From: Akkermansia muciniphila
Lineage (GTDB): Bacteria; Verrucomicrobiota; Verrucomicrobiia; Methylacidiphilales; Verrucolacustridaceae
Assembly (NCBI GenBank): GCA_945878585.1
Contig: CAMDXQ010000001.1
Location: 11,597 to 75,596 of the forward strand
Length of the DNA: 64,000 nt
Reading direction: 5' to 3'
Below are positions 29,069 to 44,272 of the stretch, one piece after another. The translations under genes were made by a program, and so were the position numbers. The notes under the pieces are model-generated. The model was not told where the DNA came from and ran no database searches. It worked only from the letters and a program-made list of their open reading frames with translations. The number at the start of each line of letters is the position of its first letter. The stretch's first letter is position 1.

Positions 29069-29506
29069 TTACGCTTTGGCAGGCTTGGCTTCTGCTGCGG
29101 CCTTGCCACCACCTTTGGGTCTCTTCACACCGTACTTACTGCGGGAAACAAGACGGGAAAGTTTGTTCGAGTTGCTGGGACCAGCGGCACCTAGAGCGTC
29201 CAAAGTTCCACGGACGATATGATAACGAACACCCGGCAAATCCTTCACACGGCCTCCACGAATCAAAACAATCGAGTGCTCCTGCAAATTATGATTTTCC
29301 CCAGGAATATATGCGATCACTTCTTCCCCGTTCGAAAGACGTACCTTGGCAACCTTACGCAAAGCCGAATTCGGCTTTTTCGGAGTACGAGTCATCACCT
29401 GCAGACAAACGCCACGACGCTGAGGACAGCCGTGCAAGGCAGGAGATTTCGTTCCCCGGTTTACGGCGGAACGACCCATTCTCACTAGCTGATTAATCGT
29501 CGGCAT
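29069..29506 (-). CDS. rpsL: 30S ribosomal protein S12
   Basis: [30 protein letters not shown]. Confidence 0.99.
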   Translation of the reverse strand: MPTINQLVRMGRSAVNRGTKSPALHGCPQRRGVCLQVMTRTPKKPNSALRKVAKVRLSNGEEVIAYIPGENHNLQEHSIVLIRGGRVKDLPGVRYHIVRGTLDALGAAGPSNSNKLSRLVSRSKYGVKRPKGGGKAAAEAKPAKA

Positions 29507-29674
29507 ATGTCGTCGATGTCCTCTTTCCCCTGCTTACCTTAGCTCGACGACACCCCGGAAAGGGCCCATGAAGCGCTCAAAAGCGCACGCATGGAGGACG
29601 ATTCAAGCGAACCGTCGCATGCCGCAAAACCTAACTGGTTAACCTTTTCAGGCCCCGGTCGGATGACAGCGGAA
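29507..29674 (-). promoter_or_regulatory. Structured 5' leader of rpsL
   Basis: UGUCGUCGA/UCGACGACA stem abutting the AUG; CCAUG..GCGCU/AGCGC..CAUGG hairpin; GUCCUC complementary to the SD-like GAGGAC. Confidence 0.55.
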
Positions 29675-29680
29675 ATTCAA

Positions 29681-29709
29681 ATTCTGCCGAAAAAAACCTT
29701 TGTCGGCAA
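29681..29709 (-). promoter_or_regulatory. Putative sigma70 promoter for rpsL, embedded in an inverted repeat
   Basis: TTGCCG-17nt-CAGAAT; TGCCGA/TCGGCA dyad at 29685-29708. Confidence 0.55.
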
Positions 29710-29732
29710 GTGATTTCGAAAAGATTTTCGCT

Positions 29733-32700
29733 CTAGCTGGCCAACGCTGCGGGAATATCCAGAGCGACCTTGCGGGCCCTCTCCTCTTCCGGCTGCGTGC
29801 TGACCAGTGCATCTCCAACAGGTTCACCGAGATGCAGAAGCTTAATCTTACGATAGGCACTGAAACCGGTTCCAGCCGGAATCAAATGACCCATAATCAC
29901 ATTTTCTTTGAATCCAAGAAGCTTGTCCACTTTGCCCAAGGTCGATGCGTCCGTAAGAATTCGCGTCGTGTCTTGGAAGGATGCAGCGGAGATAAAGCTT
30001 TCTGTCTCCAAGGAGGCTTTCGTGATCCCCAGAAGGACGGGTGTCGCTTCGGCCGGCTTTCCCCCCTTCTGTTCGATCGCACGATTCACCTCTTCGAAGG
30101 TAGTCTTCTCGATCTGTTCACCCCAAAGGAACTGCGTATCTCCTGGCTCAGTGATTTTCACCTTGCGGAGCATCTGGCGGACAATGATCTCGATGTGCTT
30201 GTCATTGATCTCCACCCCTTGCAGGCGATAGACCTCTTGCACTTCGTTCACCAAATACTCCTGCAGCTCCTGTGGTCCACAAACTTCAAGAATTTCATGC
30301 GGCACCACAGGTCCTTCCGTCAACTGTTGCCCCTTCTTCACCGTGTCGCCCTTGTAGACGATCAAGTGTTTCGAGAGAGGAATCAAATGCTCCTCTTCAG
30401 TGTTCGTTTCAGGATCTTTGATGACCAATTTCTTTTTTCCACGCAAGTTGCCCTGTAGATCTACCACTCCATCGATCTTGGCAATTTCTGCCGCATCTTT
30501 GGGTCGGCGGGCTTCGAAAAGCTCGGCCACACGAGGAAGACCACCGGTGATGTCCTTAGTCTTTGTCACCTTTCGAGGTGTCTTTGCCATACGTTGTCCG
30601 GCCTGAACCTTCTCGCCATCCTTCACTTCAATGTGAGCTCCGGCAGGAATGCTGTAGGCAGCCACAACGGCACCAGCGGCGTCCACAATCGCGATCTGGG
30701 GATGGAGATCCTCCTTGTGCTCGATGATCACGGTGCCGACAGACTTCGTTGTCTCGTCGACCTCCTTCTTCATCGTCACTCCTTCCAAGATATCCTTGAA
30801 CTCCACCCGTCCGGCTTTCTCAGTCAGAATGGAAATATTGTAAGGATCCCACTGGACGAAACTCTGCCCCTTCTTCACCTTGCCACCCTCAGGAACGGAG
30901 ATCATCGACCCGATCACAACCGGGTAACGTTCGAGTTCACGTCCGTCCGCTGCGTGCACACTGATAAAGCCGTTCTTGTTCAGAACAATGTCATGTCCCT
31001 CGAGGGCTTTGACCGTCTTCAAATCGCTATACTGAACGGTTCCATCATTCTTCGCCTTGATCTGAGGCTGTTTAAACACCTGGGATGCTGTTCCACCGAT
31101 GTGGAAGGTCCGCATGGTCAGCTGAGTTCCGGGTTCGCCAATGCTCTGGGCCGCGATGATTCCCACCGCTTCCCCAAGCTTAGCTTCCTGGTTCGTCGCC
31201 AAATTCAGTCCGTAGCAGGAGATACAAACTCCCCGCTTCGTTTCACAGGTCAGTGCAGAGCGGATTTTCACTCTCTCCTGCCCTAAATCTTCAATCGCGG
31301 CAGCAGCTTTTTCCGTAATCATTTCGCCTGCAGCAACAACTTTCTTCTTGCTCACAGGATCCACGATATCATCGCAACTTACGCGACCATAAATCCGATC
31401 ACGAAGACGGACGATCTCGTCGTCCCCTTCCATGATAGCTTTGACCCAGATTCCACGATCGGTGCCGCAATCTTGCTCACGCACGATGATGTCCATCGCA
31501 ACGTCGCACAACTTACGGGTCATGTAACCCGAATCGGCCGTCTTAAGGGCGGTGTCTGCCAAACCTTTGCGAGCTCCGTGGGTACTAATGAAGTATTCCA
31601 ATACGGAAAGACCTTCTCGGAAGCTTGCCGTAATCGGACGCTCAATGATTTCACCTGACGGCTTCGCCATCAAACCGCGCATTCCAGCCAACTGGCGAAC
31701 CTGATTCCGATTTCCTCGAGCACCAGAATCGACCATCAAATACACGGGGTTGAAGTCCTTGCGTCCTTCGTTGTGCTCCAGGGTACGATACATCGCAGAG
31801 GAAATTTCTTCTGTGGCCTGCGTCCAGATGTCGACGATCTTGTTGTAACGCTCTCCATCCGTGATTGCTCCCATTCGGTACTGCTTTTCCACCTGGCCTA
31901 CGGAACCACGAGCCTTCTCGATCACCGCCGGTTTTTCTTCCGGAATGATCATGTCGTTGATTCCAATCGAAACACCTGCACGGGTGGCCGATTTGAAACC
32001 CAAATCCTTCAACTTATCGAGACAAACGACTGTGGCCGCATGACCGCACTTCTCGTAACAGCGGAGAATGATTTCCCCCAACTGCTTTTTCCCTGCGGCT
32101 TTGTTGATAAAGCCCAGTTCCTTTGGCCAGATGCTATTGAACTCCACCCGACCAGGGGTCGTTTCGATGAATTTTTTCGAAGCATCACCAAAGACGGTCT
32201 CTAACCCGAAATCCGGATTCTTAAACAGAATCCAATCGTGGGTCTTGATGCTCTTTTCGCTGATCGCAAAGTCCACCTCGTCCGCAGTAGAAAATGCGGT
32301 GAGACGCTTCTTGGTCTTGTCCCCTTTTTCCTGCGTGCGCAAAGGGTTTTGTGAAATGTAGTAGCAACCCAAGGTGATGTCTTGGCTTGGAGTTGTAATC
32401 GGGCGTCCATTGCTCGGCCCGAAAATATTGTTCGGGGCCAACATGAGAAGCCTGGCTTCCAACTGAGCTTCCACGCTCAGAGGAATGTGTACCGCCATTT
32501 GGTCACCGTCGAAGTCCGCATTGTAAGCAGTACAAACCAACGGATGAATTCGAATGGCGTCTCCTTCGATCAACTTCGGCTCAAAGGCTTGAACCGACAA
32601 GCGATGCAACGTTGGAGCACGATTCAAGAGAACCGGATGTTCCCGAGTCACTTCGTCCAAGGTGTCCCACACAATCGCCTCTTTCCGTTCGATCATTTTC

Positions 32701-33902
32701 TTGGCGGACCGGACGGTATGCACTTGGCCAAGTTCTTTTAGACGGCGGATGATAAACGGTTCGAACAAGACCAAAGCCATCTTCTTCGGCAAGCCGCACT
32801 CGTTCAGCTTGAGTTCGGGACCGATAACGATGACGGAACGTCCAGAGTAGTCGACTCGTTTGCCCAAAAGGTTCATCCGGAAACGTCCGGTCTTTCCCTT
32901 CAACATGTCGGACAAGGATTTCAGAGGGCGGTTTCCGGCCCCTGTGACTGCACGACCGTGACGGCCATTATCCATCAAGGCATCAACCGACTCCTGTAAC
33001 ATCCGCTTTTCGTTACGGATAATTACTTCTGGGGTCTTCAACTGGAGAAGATTTCGCAACCGATTGTTACGATTGATCACCCGGCGATATAGATCATTCA
33101 AATCCGATGTCGCAAAACGCCCACCTTCCAACGGAACCAAGGGCCGTAGATCCGGAGGGATCACAGGCAAGATTTCCAAAATCATCCACTCAGGACGGGA
33201 ACCCGCATTGAGGAACCCCTGAACGAGCTTCAAACGCTTGGCAACCTTCTTACGGGTTTGTTTGCTCTTTGTCGTCTCAAGTTGTTGTTCCAGTTCTGTC
33301 ACCAGCTCATCGAGATCGATTTTCTTAAAGACATCACGGATGGCTTCCGCGCCCATCTTAGCAACAAAAGAGTCACCGAACTGCTCTTGAGCTTCACGAT
33401 ATTCAGTTTCTGTCAGCAACTGCTTGGGCTTCAAAGGGGTCTTCCCTTCATCAATCACGAGGTAATCCTCATAATAGATCACCCGCTCCAGATCCCTTGC
33501 CGTCATGTCCATCATCAAGCCCAACCGGCTCGGCATACATTTGTAGAACCAGATGTGACTGACCGGTACAGCCAACTCGATATGCCCCATCCGCTCACGG
33601 CGAACACGTGCGAGGGTAACCTCGACACCGCAACGATCACAAATCACCCCTTTAAACTTGATCCGCTTATATTTCCCGCATGAACACTCGTAATCCTTAG
33701 TCGGCCCGAAAATCCGCTCGCAAAACAATCCACCTTTTTCCGGCTTGAAGGTCCGGTAGTTGATCGTTTCAGGATTTTTTGTTTCTCCGCGGCTCCAGGA
33801 GAGAATCGATTCAGGCGAAGCTACCGTAATACTAACTTCGTCGAAACCGACACTTCTCTCCATTCCGAGGATTTCACGGGCCGATTGGGTCTGTTGGTTC
33901 AT
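29733..33902 (-). CDS. rpoC: RNA polymerase beta' subunit
   Basis: NADFDGD catalytic motif, N-terminal Zn finger, [14 protein letters not shown]. Confidence 0.99.
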   Translation of the reverse strand: MNQQTQSAREILGMERSVGFDEVSITVASPESILSWSRGETKNPETINYRTFKPEKGGLFCERIFGPTKDYECSCGKYKRIKFKGVICDRCGVEVTLARVRRERMGHIELAVPVSHIWFYKCMPSRLGLMMDMTARDLERVIYYEDYLVIDEGKTPLKPKQLLTETEYREAQEQFGDSFVAKMGAEAIRDVFKKIDLDELVTELEQQLETTKSKQTRKKVAKRLKLVQGFLNAGSRPEWMILEILPVIPPDLRPLVPLEGGRFATSDLNDLYRRVINRNNRLRNLLQLKTPEVIIRNEKRMLQESVDALMDNGRHGRAVTGAGNRPLKSLSDMLKGKTGRFRMNLLGKRVDYSGRSVIVIGPELKLNECGLPKKMALVLFEPFIIRRLKELGQVHTVRSAKKMIERKEAIVWDTLDEVTREHPVLLNRAPTLHRLSVQAFEPKLIEGDAIRIHPLVCTAYNADFDGDQMAVHIPLSVEAQLEARLLMLAPNNIFGPSNGRPITTPSQDITLGCYYISQNPLRTQEKGDKTKKRLTAFSTADEVDFAISEKSIKTHDWILFKNPDFGLETVFGDASKKFIETTPGRVEFNSIWPKELGFINKAAGKKQLGEIILRCYEKCGHAATVVCLDKLKDLGFKSATRAGVSIGINDMIIPEEKPAVIEKARGSVGQVEKQYRMGAITDGERYNKIVDIWTQATEEISSAMYRTLEHNEGRKDFNPVYLMVDSGARGNRNQVRQLAGMRGLMAKPSGEIIERPITASFREGLSVLEYFISTHGARKGLADTALKTADSGYMTRKLCDVAMDIIVREQDCGTDRGIWVKAIMEGDDEIVRLRDRIYGRVSCDDIVDPVSKKKVVAAGEMITEKAAAAIEDLGQERVKIRSALTCETKRGVCISCYGLNLATNQEAKLGEAVGIIAAQSIGEPGTQLTMRTFHIGGTASQVFKQPQIKAKNDGTVQYSDLKTVKALEGHDIVLNKNGFISVHAADGRELERYPVVIGSMISVPEGGKVKKGQSFVQWDPYNISILTEKAGRVEFKDILEGVTMKKEVDETTKSVGTVIIEHKEDLHPQIAIVDAAGAVVAAYSIPAGAHIEVKDGEKVQAGQRMAKTPRKVTKTKDITGGLPRVAELFEARRPKDAAEIAKIDGVVDLQGNLRGKKKLVIKDPETNTEEEHLIPLSKHLIVYKGDTVKKGQQLTEGPVVPHEILEVCGPQELQEYLVNEVQEVYRLQGVEINDKHIEIIVRQMLRKVKITEPGDTQFLWGEQIEKTTFEEVNRAIEQKGGKPAEATPVLLGITKASLETESFISAASFQDTTRILTDASTLGKVDKLLGFKENVIMGHLIPAGTGFSAYRKIKLLHLGEPVGDALVSTQPEEERARKVALDIPAALAS

Positions 33903-33929
33903 GGGATGTTTTTTTATTCTGGGGTTAGG

Positions 33930-37760
<3,831 letters not shown>

Positions 37761-37797
37761 GCTGCGTACTCCTTGTCCCGGTTTCCCGGGGGTTGGT

Positions 37798-38184
37798 TTA
37801 TTTGACTTCTACTTTTGCACCAGCGGCTTCGAGCTTCTTCTTAATCTCGGCAGCCTCATCCTTCGTTGCGCCTTCCTTAATGGTCTTCGGCGCACCTTCC
37901 ACAAGGGCTTTGGCATCCGCTAATCCGAGTCCGGGGACTACGGTGCGAACTTCCTTAATGACGCCAATCTTGTTGGCACCTGCGTCCTTTAGGACAACTT
38001 CAAAAGTCGTTTTCTCTTCCGCTGGAGCAGCACCGCCTGCCGCTGCACCACCCGCTGCCGCGACGGCTACGGGAGCTGCTGCGCTCACGCCCCACTTGTC
38101 TTCCAGCTTTTTCACCAGTTCAGACGCTTCGAGAACGGTCAGGCCGCTCAACGTCGTTACCACATCTTCCAGATTTACTGCCAT
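37798..38184 (-). CDS. rplL: 50S ribosomal protein L7/L12
   Basis: [30 protein letters not shown]. Confidence 0.99.
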   Translation of the reverse strand: MAVNLEDVVTTLSGLTVLEASELVKKLEDKWGVSAAAPVAVAAAGGAAAGGAAPAEEKTTFEVVLKDAGANKIGVIKEVRTVVPGLGLADAKALVEGAPKTIKEGATKDEAAEIKKKLEAAGAKVEVK

Positions 38185-38204
38185 TTTGTTTCTCCTTCCC
38201 CTGC

Positions 38205-38296
38205 CCTTTCGTAGAAAGGACCGGAGTGTTAATGTTTCTCCTGGTTAGCCGATCACACCCGTGATCAAATTATCCCGGAAAGGCTCCCGGGCTAAC
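38205..38296 (-). promoter_or_regulatory. Multi-hairpin element in the rplJ-rplL spacer
   Basis: Dyads CCTTTC/GAAAGG, ACCGGAG/CTCCTGGT, GATCAC/GTGATC, GTTAGCC/GGCTAAC. Confidence 0.45.
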
Positions 38297-38324
38297 ACAA
38301 GGTTATTGCCTTTCATGTACATTT

Positions 38325-38849
38325 TTAGGCTCCCGCCGCCGGGGCCGCCTCCGATTTGCTCTTCAGCACCCGCGCCAAACGAGCCCCGGGTTCCGCCAAA
38401 AGGCGGGCCAAGGTCGAAGCCGGTGCAGAAATTGCACCCAAAAGACGAGCCCGCAGAACTTCTGCCGAGGGCAGATCGGCCAACATAACAATCTCGCTCA
38501 CTCCCAGGACTTTTCCATCCATCAGTCCGGAACGGAGATTTGGACGCGTGAATTCAGCCTTGAAAGACTTGATCACCTTGGCGGCCGCGGGTGCATCTTT
38601 TCCTCCGGAGACAATCGCAGTCTGACCGGTTAGATCTTTACCCAATCCAGCCAAAACCTCTTCGCCGATCGCGCGTTTGAACAGGGTGTTCTTCACAACC
38701 TTGACCGCCGCACCCACCTTACGAAGACGTCCCCGTAGCTCGGAAAATTCCGAAACCTTCATCCCCGTGTAATCCAGCACGATCAAATAAGGGGATGAGT
38801 TCACCCACTCCCGAATCGTATCAATGACTAATGCTTTTTCTTCTTTCAT
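38325..38849 (-). CDS. rplJ: 50S ribosomal protein L10
   Basis: DYTGM.V...ELR, VVKNTL, LADLPS. Confidence 0.97.
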   Translation of the reverse strand: MKEEKALVIDTIREWVNSSPYLIVLDYTGMKVSEFSELRGRLRKVGAAVKVVKNTLFKRAIGEEVLAGLGKDLTGQTAIVSGGKDAPAAAKVIKSFKAEFTRPNLRSGLMDGKVLGVSEIVMLADLPSAEVLRARLLGAISAPASTLARLLAEPGARLARVLKSKSEAAPAAGA

Positions 38850-38861
38850 AAATCTCCTTGA

Positions 38862-39578
38862 TCAATCTTCCGAACCTGCCGCCGCTTCCGCGACTGCCAA
38901 CGGAATGCCTGGGGAAAATGTCGCCGAGAGGACGCAATTTTGAAGATACTTGCCCTTCGCACCGGCCGGACGAGCCCGGGAAACCGATTCGATCACCGCG
39001 TTCACATTTTCACCCAACGCTTTGCCTTCAAAACTCAACTTCCCGCAACTCACATGCAGATTGGATCCCTTATCGATTTTGAATTCTACCCGGCCTGCCT
39101 GACACTCCTTGACCGCTTTAGCCGTATCTTCTGTGACCGTCCCGGTCTTCGGATTCGGCATCAAGCCACGAGGTCCGAGTACTTTTCCCAATTTACGAAC
39201 TTCAATCATCGCATCCGGTGTGGCGACCGCGACGTCGAAATCTGCCCATCCTTCCTGCACCTTCTTGATCAAATCTGCGTATCCAACAGCAACAGCTCCG
39301 GCTCCTTTGGCTGCTTCAGCCGCCGCTCCCTGTGCAAAGACAATCACTCGGACGTTCTTGCCCGAACCATGGGGTAAGCTGACGGTTCCACGAACCACCT
39401 GATCGCTCTGCTTGGGATCCACCCCAAGATGAAAGGATAAGTCCACACTGGGGTTACCCTTGCTCTTCCCAGCAGGCATCTTCTTCAAAATCGAAACAGC
39501 ATCGGTCACGCTGTAGCGCTTTTTCGGTTCCAGCAACTTGCTGGCTTCTGTGTATCGGCGACTTGGTTTCTTGGCCAT
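38862..39578 (-). CDS. rplA: 50S ribosomal protein L1
   Basis: VRGTVSLPHG, LGPRGLMPNPKTGTVT. Confidence 0.99.
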   Translation of the reverse strand: MAKKPSRRYTEASKLLEPKKRYSVTDAVSILKKMPAGKSKGNPSVDLSFHLGVDPKQSDQVVRGTVSLPHGSGKNVRVIVFAQGAAAEAAKGAGAVAVGYADLIKKVQEGWADFDVAVATPDAMIEVRKLGKVLGPRGLMPNPKTGTVTEDTAKAVKECQAGRVEFKIDKGSNLHVSCGKLSFEGKALGENVNAVIESVSRARPAGAKGKYLQNCVLSATFSPGIPLAVAEAAAGSED

Positions 39579-39590
39579 ATTCCAATCTCC

Positions 39591-40016
39591 TTAGTCTGCG
39601 ATCTCCAACCCCATCTGACGGGCCGTTCCGGCAATCGTCCGGAAGGCGGCTTCATCCGAGGCCGCGTTGAGGTCGTTTCTCTTAATCTTCACAATATCCA
39701 TCACCTGTTTCTTGGTGACTTTGCCCACCTTGAGCCGGTTGGGTTCCTTCGAGCCTGACGCCAAGTTGGCTGCCTTCTTTAAAAGAACGGAAGCCGGTGG
39801 GCTCTTGGTGATAAAGGTAAAAGTTTTGTCTTTATAAACAGTGATTACGACTGGGAAAATATTCCCCGCTTCCTTGGCCGTACGCGCATTGAACTCTTTG
39901 CAAAAAGCCATGATGTTGACCCCCTGTTGTCCAAGAGCGGGGCCTACTGGAGGTGCCGGATTCGCCGCACCGGCGGGAATCTGCAAACGGATAATCCCTG
40001 TGATTTCTTTCGCCAT
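39591..40016 (-). CDS. rplK: 50S ribosomal protein L11
   Basis: [30 protein letters not shown]. Confidence 0.99.
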   Translation of the reverse strand: MAKEITGIIRLQIPAGAANPAPPVGPALGQQGVNIMAFCKEFNARTAKEAGNIFPVVITVYKDKTFTFITKSPPASVLLKKAANLASGSKEPNRLKVGKVTKKQVMDIVKIKRNDLNAASDEAAFRTIAGTARQMGLEIAD

Positions 40017-40022
40017 AAAATC

Positions 40023-40598
40023 CTAGTTCCTTTCTACCTGCCAATATTCCAACTCCACGGGAGTCGAACGTCCGAAAATTGAAACCGCCACCCGCACCCG
40101 TCCCCTTTCCGTATCCACCTCTTCCACCACCCCTTCTTGGCTCTGGAACGGACCATCCCCCACCTTCACGCGATCCCCGACTGCAAAAATAATCTTCGGC
40201 GTGATCTTCTCTTCCTTCTCACGGATCTGGCTCAGCATCCCCTCTACTTCATCCGGCTTCATCGGCGTCGGGCGATCCCCATCAGCAAATCCAAGAACAC
40301 CGGGTGTTTCTTTCACGAAATACCAAGGCACCTCATGGAGCTTTTTCTCAGCGTCGTACAACTCCATCTTCACAAAAATATATCCGGGATAAAGTTTGCG
40401 CTCCGTTTCTACTTTCTTACCCCTCTTGATCTCTGAAATGCGCTCTGTCGGGATGATCACTTCCTGCACCACTTCCCCAAGCTCTTCCGTCTTGATCCGA
40501 CTCATCATATGCCGCTTCACGTTCGTTTCCTGTCCGGAAAGGACATGAACTGCAAACCAACGCGCTTCCGAGGGGAGATTAGCAACTTCGTTCATCAC
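40023..40598 (-). CDS. nusG: Transcription termination/antitermination factor NusG
   Basis: WFAVHVLSGQE, PGYIFV, KOW GDRVKVGDGPF, IFGRSTPVEL. Confidence 0.98.
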   Translation of the reverse strand: MMNEVANLPSEARWFAVHVLSGQETNVKRHMMSRIKTEELGEVVQEVIIPTERISEIKRGKKVETERKLYPGYIFVKMELYDAEKKLHEVPWYFVKETPGVLGFADGDRPTPMKPDEVEGMLSQIREKEEKITPKIIFAVGDRVKVGDGPFQSQEGVVEEVDTERGRVRVAVSIFGRSTPVELEYWQVERN

Positions 40599-40910
40599 TT
40601 AAAACCTCACCAACCAGCCCACCACGCGGCTAATAAGAAAATCGAATCCCGAGGTATAGGCGGCGAGAACCAAAGTGGTCAGCGCCACAACCGTCGTGCT
40701 ATCGATGAGCTCCCGGTATTTCCTTATCCCGGGCTCGGTCGGATCCCAAGGCCAAGAGCACTTCACCAATTCGCCCTTCACTTCACCCACGAATTTAGAA
40801 ATCTTGGCCCGGAACTGAAAAAGCACGAAACCAACCGCCAAGGAAAGTACTCCCAAGGCGACGGTTCCGAACCAAATTCCTCCGATTTTCCAGGCTTCCA
40901 TATTTTCCAA
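40599..40910 (-). CDS. secE: Preprotein translocase SecE
   Basis: EVKGELVKCSWP motif and TM helix; located between tRNA-Trp and nusG. Confidence 0.92.
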   Translation of the reverse strand: MENMEAWKIGGIWFGTVALGVLSLAVGFVLFQFRAKISKFVGEVKGELVKCSWPWDPTEPGIRKYRELIDSTTVVALTTLVLAAYTSGFDFLISRVVGWLVRF

Positions 40911-40936
40911 ATCCTCTTTTCTCCTGACTTCAGATG

Positions 40937-41009
40937 CAGGGCAGGAGGGACTCGAACCCCCAACCGACGGTTTTGGAGACCGCTACTCTACCAATTGAGC
41001 TACTGCCCT
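40937..41009 (-). tRNA. tRNA-Trp(CCA), 3' CCA not encoded
   Basis: AGGGCAGTAGCTCAATTGGTAGAGTAGCGGTCTCCAAAACCGTCGGTTGGGGGTTCGAGTCCCTCCTGCCCTG. Confidence 0.97.
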
Positions 41010-41077
41010 CCTCTTCCGTTCGGCTGGAAAGTTCCCGCTCGAAAGCGGGTTCTTCCCTCCGGTCTGTTTCGCGGCGG

Positions 41078-42271
41078 TTAGGCCACGATTTCGGTGACGC
41101 GACCGGCGCCAACCGTTTTTCCACCTTCACGGATGGCGAAGCGGATCTGCTTCTCCATCGCGATTGGGGTAATCAGCTCGACTTCGATGTCGACATTGTC
41201 TCCGGGCATGACCATTTCCACGCCGGCTTTCAAGGTCACCACACCCGTCACGTCCGTGGTACGGAAGTAGAACTGGGGGCGATAACCGTTGAAGAAAGGA
41301 GTATGACGGCCACCTTCGTCCTTGCTCAGAACGTAAACGGTCGCCTTAAACTTGGTGTGAGGCTTGATGGTGCCGGGTTTGGCGATGACCTGACCCCGCT
41401 CCACATCCTCTTTTTTCGTTCCACGAAGGAGAAGACCGACGTTGTCGCCCGCCTCCGCCGTATCGAGGAGTTTACGGAACATTTCGACGTCCGTCACAAC
41501 TGTCTTGGCGGTCGGCTTGATTCCGACGATCTCAACTTCTTCCATCTTCTTGAGAATGCCACGCTCCACACGACCAGTGACAACGGTTCCACGACCTTCG
41601 ATGTTGAACACGTCTTCCACAGGCATGAGGAAGGGTTGATCCTTCGGACGCTCAGGGATCGGGATGTACTTATCGACGGCATCCATCAATTCCAAAATAC
41701 ATTTGGCGGCGTCGCTCTTAGGATCAGCGGATTCCAATGCTTTCAACGCACTGCCTTTGATGATCGGAATCTTATCTCCGGGGAATTCATACTTCGACAA
41801 CAGCTCACGAACTTCGACTTCCACCAGCTCGAGCAAGTCTTTGTCGTCCACCATGTCCACCTTGTTCAAGAACACCACCAAGGCAGGGACGCCCACCTGA
41901 CGAGCCAACAAAATGTGCTCGCGGGTCTGAGGCATCGGACCGTCAGCCGCGCTGACCACCAGAATCGCCCCGTCCATCTGGGCGGCACCCGTGATCATGT
42001 TCTTCACGTAATCGGCGTGTCCCGGACAATCCACGTGAGCGTAATGCCGAGCGTTCGTGGCATATTCCACGTGGGAGGTGTTAATCGTAATTCCGCGCTC
42101 TTTTTCCTCGGGCGCGTTATCGATCTGATCGTAGGCACGGGCTTCTGCCAGACCGCTCTTTGAAAGGATCGTGGTGATGGCTGCGGTTAAAGTTGTTTTC
42201 CCGTGATCAACGTGCCCAATGGTGCCGATGTTGACGTGGGGTTTGGAACGGTTGAATGCCTCTTTCGCCAT
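41078..42271 (-). CDS. tuf: Elongation factor Tu
   Basis: [31 protein letters not shown]. Confidence 0.99.
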   Translation of the reverse strand: MAKEAFNRSKPHVNIGTIGHVDHGKTTLTAAITTILSKSGLAEARAYDQIDNAPEEKERGITINTSHVEYATNARHYAHVDCPGHADYVKNMITGAAQMDGAILVVSAADGPMPQTREHILLARQVGVPALVVFLNKVDMVDDKDLLELVEVEVRELLSKYEFPGDKIPIIKGSALKALESADPKSDAAKCILELMDAVDKYIPIPERPKDQPFLMPVEDVFNIEGRGTVVTGRVERGILKKMEEVEIVGIKPTAKTVVTDVEMFRKLLDTAEAGDNVGLLLRGTKKEDVERGQVIAKPGTIKPHTKFKATVYVLSKDEGGRHTPFFNGYRPQFYFRTTDVTGVVTLKAGVEMVMPGDNVDIEVELITPIAMEKQIRFAIREGGKTVGAGRVTEIVA

Positions 42272-42367
42272 AAATTCTAATCTCCTTGCCTTGCGGTTTC
42301 AGATCTCCTCGTTCGCCGGATTGGAACTCCGCCGACAGTGTCCCCACTCGGGGTTTCACCGCGACCG

Positions 42368-42440
<73 letters not shown>

Positions 42441-42552
42441 GAGATGGAATTCGAAATGAATTCCGGAATTCGCCCGGCGTTCTCCCATCGGCACAAAAAC
42501 TGCTACAAAGTCTTGCGACTCGAACAGAAAATCACACCAAGGGGAAACGATA

Positions 42553-42582
42553 AGCATGCCTGCGCCCCAACCCCCCTGTCAA
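42553..42582 (-). promoter_or_regulatory. Putative promoter of the tRNA-Thr-tuf cluster
   Basis: TTGACA-18nt-CATGCT. Confidence 0.5.
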
Positions 42583-42612
42583 CACCCTCTTACAAAAAAA
42601 ATGAGAATTTTT

Positions 42613-43110
42613 TCAGGATGTGAATAACATGCGAAAAACGTAGAAACCCAAACCCAAAACCGCCACCAAGCCCCCCAACGCTAAAATCCAAATCGGACTT
42701 TCGGATTCCCCTTTCCCCTTGATGGGCGACAAGTTACGAAAGTTTTCAGGAATTCCTTCCTCCACACCGATTTCCATTTGAAACGATGCTCCAGCCTGCG
42801 GAAGCGCCAGCGCCGCACGCGGCACCGCTCCCTCATAGCGAAAGGGAATCTGCCCGAATTGCAGGCGGTCCCGGTCCTGCAACAAAGCTTCCGTGATTTT
42901 TTCGTCATTCACACGGGTACCATTCGTCGACTCCAAATCACGCACCCGATACTCCACCCCTTCCAAAACTAACTCCGCATGACGAGAAGAAATACTCCCG
43001 TGCACGACCTGAACTTCATTTCCATCGATCCGCCCAACGGCCATTCGCGGACCGACCAGTTCGATCGTCATCTGCGGAATCTCTTTACTCTCGGAGACAA
43101 GCCTCGGCAT
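42613..43110 (-). CDS. FHA-domain membrane protein
   Basis: VGR...SISSRHA...DLESTNGT FHA motifs; C-terminal TM. Confidence 0.9.
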   Translation of the reverse strand: MPRLVSESKEIPQMTIELVGPRMAVGRIDGNEVQVVHGSISSRHAELVLEGVEYRVRDLESTNGTRVNDEKITEALLQDRDRLQFGQIPFRYEGAVPRAALALPQAGASFQMEIGVEEGIPENFRNLSPIKGKGESESPIWILALGGLVAVLGLGFYVFRMLFTS

Positions 43111-43119
43111 GCGCTTTAC

Positions 43120-44259
43120 TTATCCCTTCTTCTTCCCCGCGTCCAGTAGGTCGGCAAACTGGCGGAAGAAATATCCAGCATCATGCGGCCCCGGTGCCGC
43201 CTCCGGATGGTACTGAACTGAGAAAGCCCCTCCCGCGCTGAGTTGAATCCCCTCACAAGTTCCATCATTCAAATTCACATGCGTGACCTCCACCTTTCCC
43301 TTCGGCAGAGAATCCGGATCAACCGCATAACCGTGGTTCTGGCTTGTGATCGAAACCTTGCCTGAACGCAAATCCTTCACGGGCTGATTTCCCCCTCGAT
43401 GACCGAACTTCAGCTTAAACGTCTTCCCCCCGAGCGCATGGGCCAACATCTGGTGTCCAAGACAAATTCCAAAAATGGGCTTCTTCCCCACCAACTCACG
43501 GACGGTTCGATGTACATAGGTCGGAACCGAAGGATCCCCCGGACCATTCGATAAGAAGATTCCGTCCACATTCGCTTTTAATATCTCTTCCGCCGTGGCC
43601 TTCGCAGGAAAAACAACCGGCTGAATTCCCTCCGCCCGCAACTGTCGCAAAATATTCCTCTTCATTCCACAATCGATCGCCGCCACCCGATGCCGCACTG
43701 CGGGCATCTTCTCTTTCTCACTTCCCAACCGGCCGGGAAAATCCAACCCCTGCGGATCCCACTCGAACGACTTCGCACAGGTCACCTCCGCCACATAATC
43801 CTTCGCACCCAAACCAGGCCACTCTTTTGCGCGGCGTACCGCCTCCTCCGCCTTCATTCCATCGGTTGCCAAAACCCCCTTCATTGCACCCTTCGTTCGC
43901 AACTTCCTTGTCAGGCACCTCGTATCCACCCCCTCCAACGCCGGCACCTTGTGCCTTCGTAAATACACCTCCAAACTTTCCCTCTCCCGCCAGTTGCTCG
44001 CCCGCCGGGCCAGTCTTCGGACCAACAAACCCGCCACCTGCGGTCGATCCGACTCCTCATCCTCCGGATTGATCCCCGTGTTTCCAATCTCAGGACAAGT
44101 CAACGCCACCACCTGCCCCCGGTAACTCGGATCAGTCAAAATCTCCTCATACCCCGTCATCGAAGTGTTGAAGCACAATTCCGCAGCGACCCATCCCTCA
44201 TGACCAAATCCCCGACCCCGCAGGATCGTGCCGTCTTCTAAAGCCAATATTCCTTCCAT
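43120..44259 (-). CDS. carA: Carbamoyl-phosphate synthase small subunit
   Basis: FNTSMTGYEE.LTDPSY, LSNGPGDP, GICLGHQ, QYHPEA; start at ATG 44259. Confidence 0.97.
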   Translation of the reverse strand: MEGILALEDGTILRGRGFGHEGWVAAELCFNTSMTGYEEILTDPSYRGQVVALTCPEIGNTGINPEDEESDRPQVAGLLVRRLARRASNWRERESLEVYLRRHKVPALEGVDTRCLTRKLRTKGAMKGVLATDGMKAEEAVRRAKEWPGLGAKDYVAEVTCAKSFEWDPQGLDFPGRLGSEKEKMPAVRHRVAAIDCGMKRNILRQLRAEGIQPVVFPAKATAEEILKANVDGIFLSNGPGDPSVPTYVHRTVRELVGKKPIFGICLGHQMLAHALGGKTFKLKFGHRGGNQPVKDLRSGKVSITSQNHGYAVDPDSLPKGKVEVTHVNLNDGTCEGIQLSAGGAFSVQYHPEAAPGPHDAGYFFRQFADLLDAGKKKG

Positions 44260-44272
44260 CGTCCGGCAAACT

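Noticed and set aside
40934-42163. 409-aa plus-strand ORF antisense to tuf
   Set aside because: Shadow ORF produced by codon bias of a highly expressed gene; it also runs through tRNA-Trp and has no recognisable motifs
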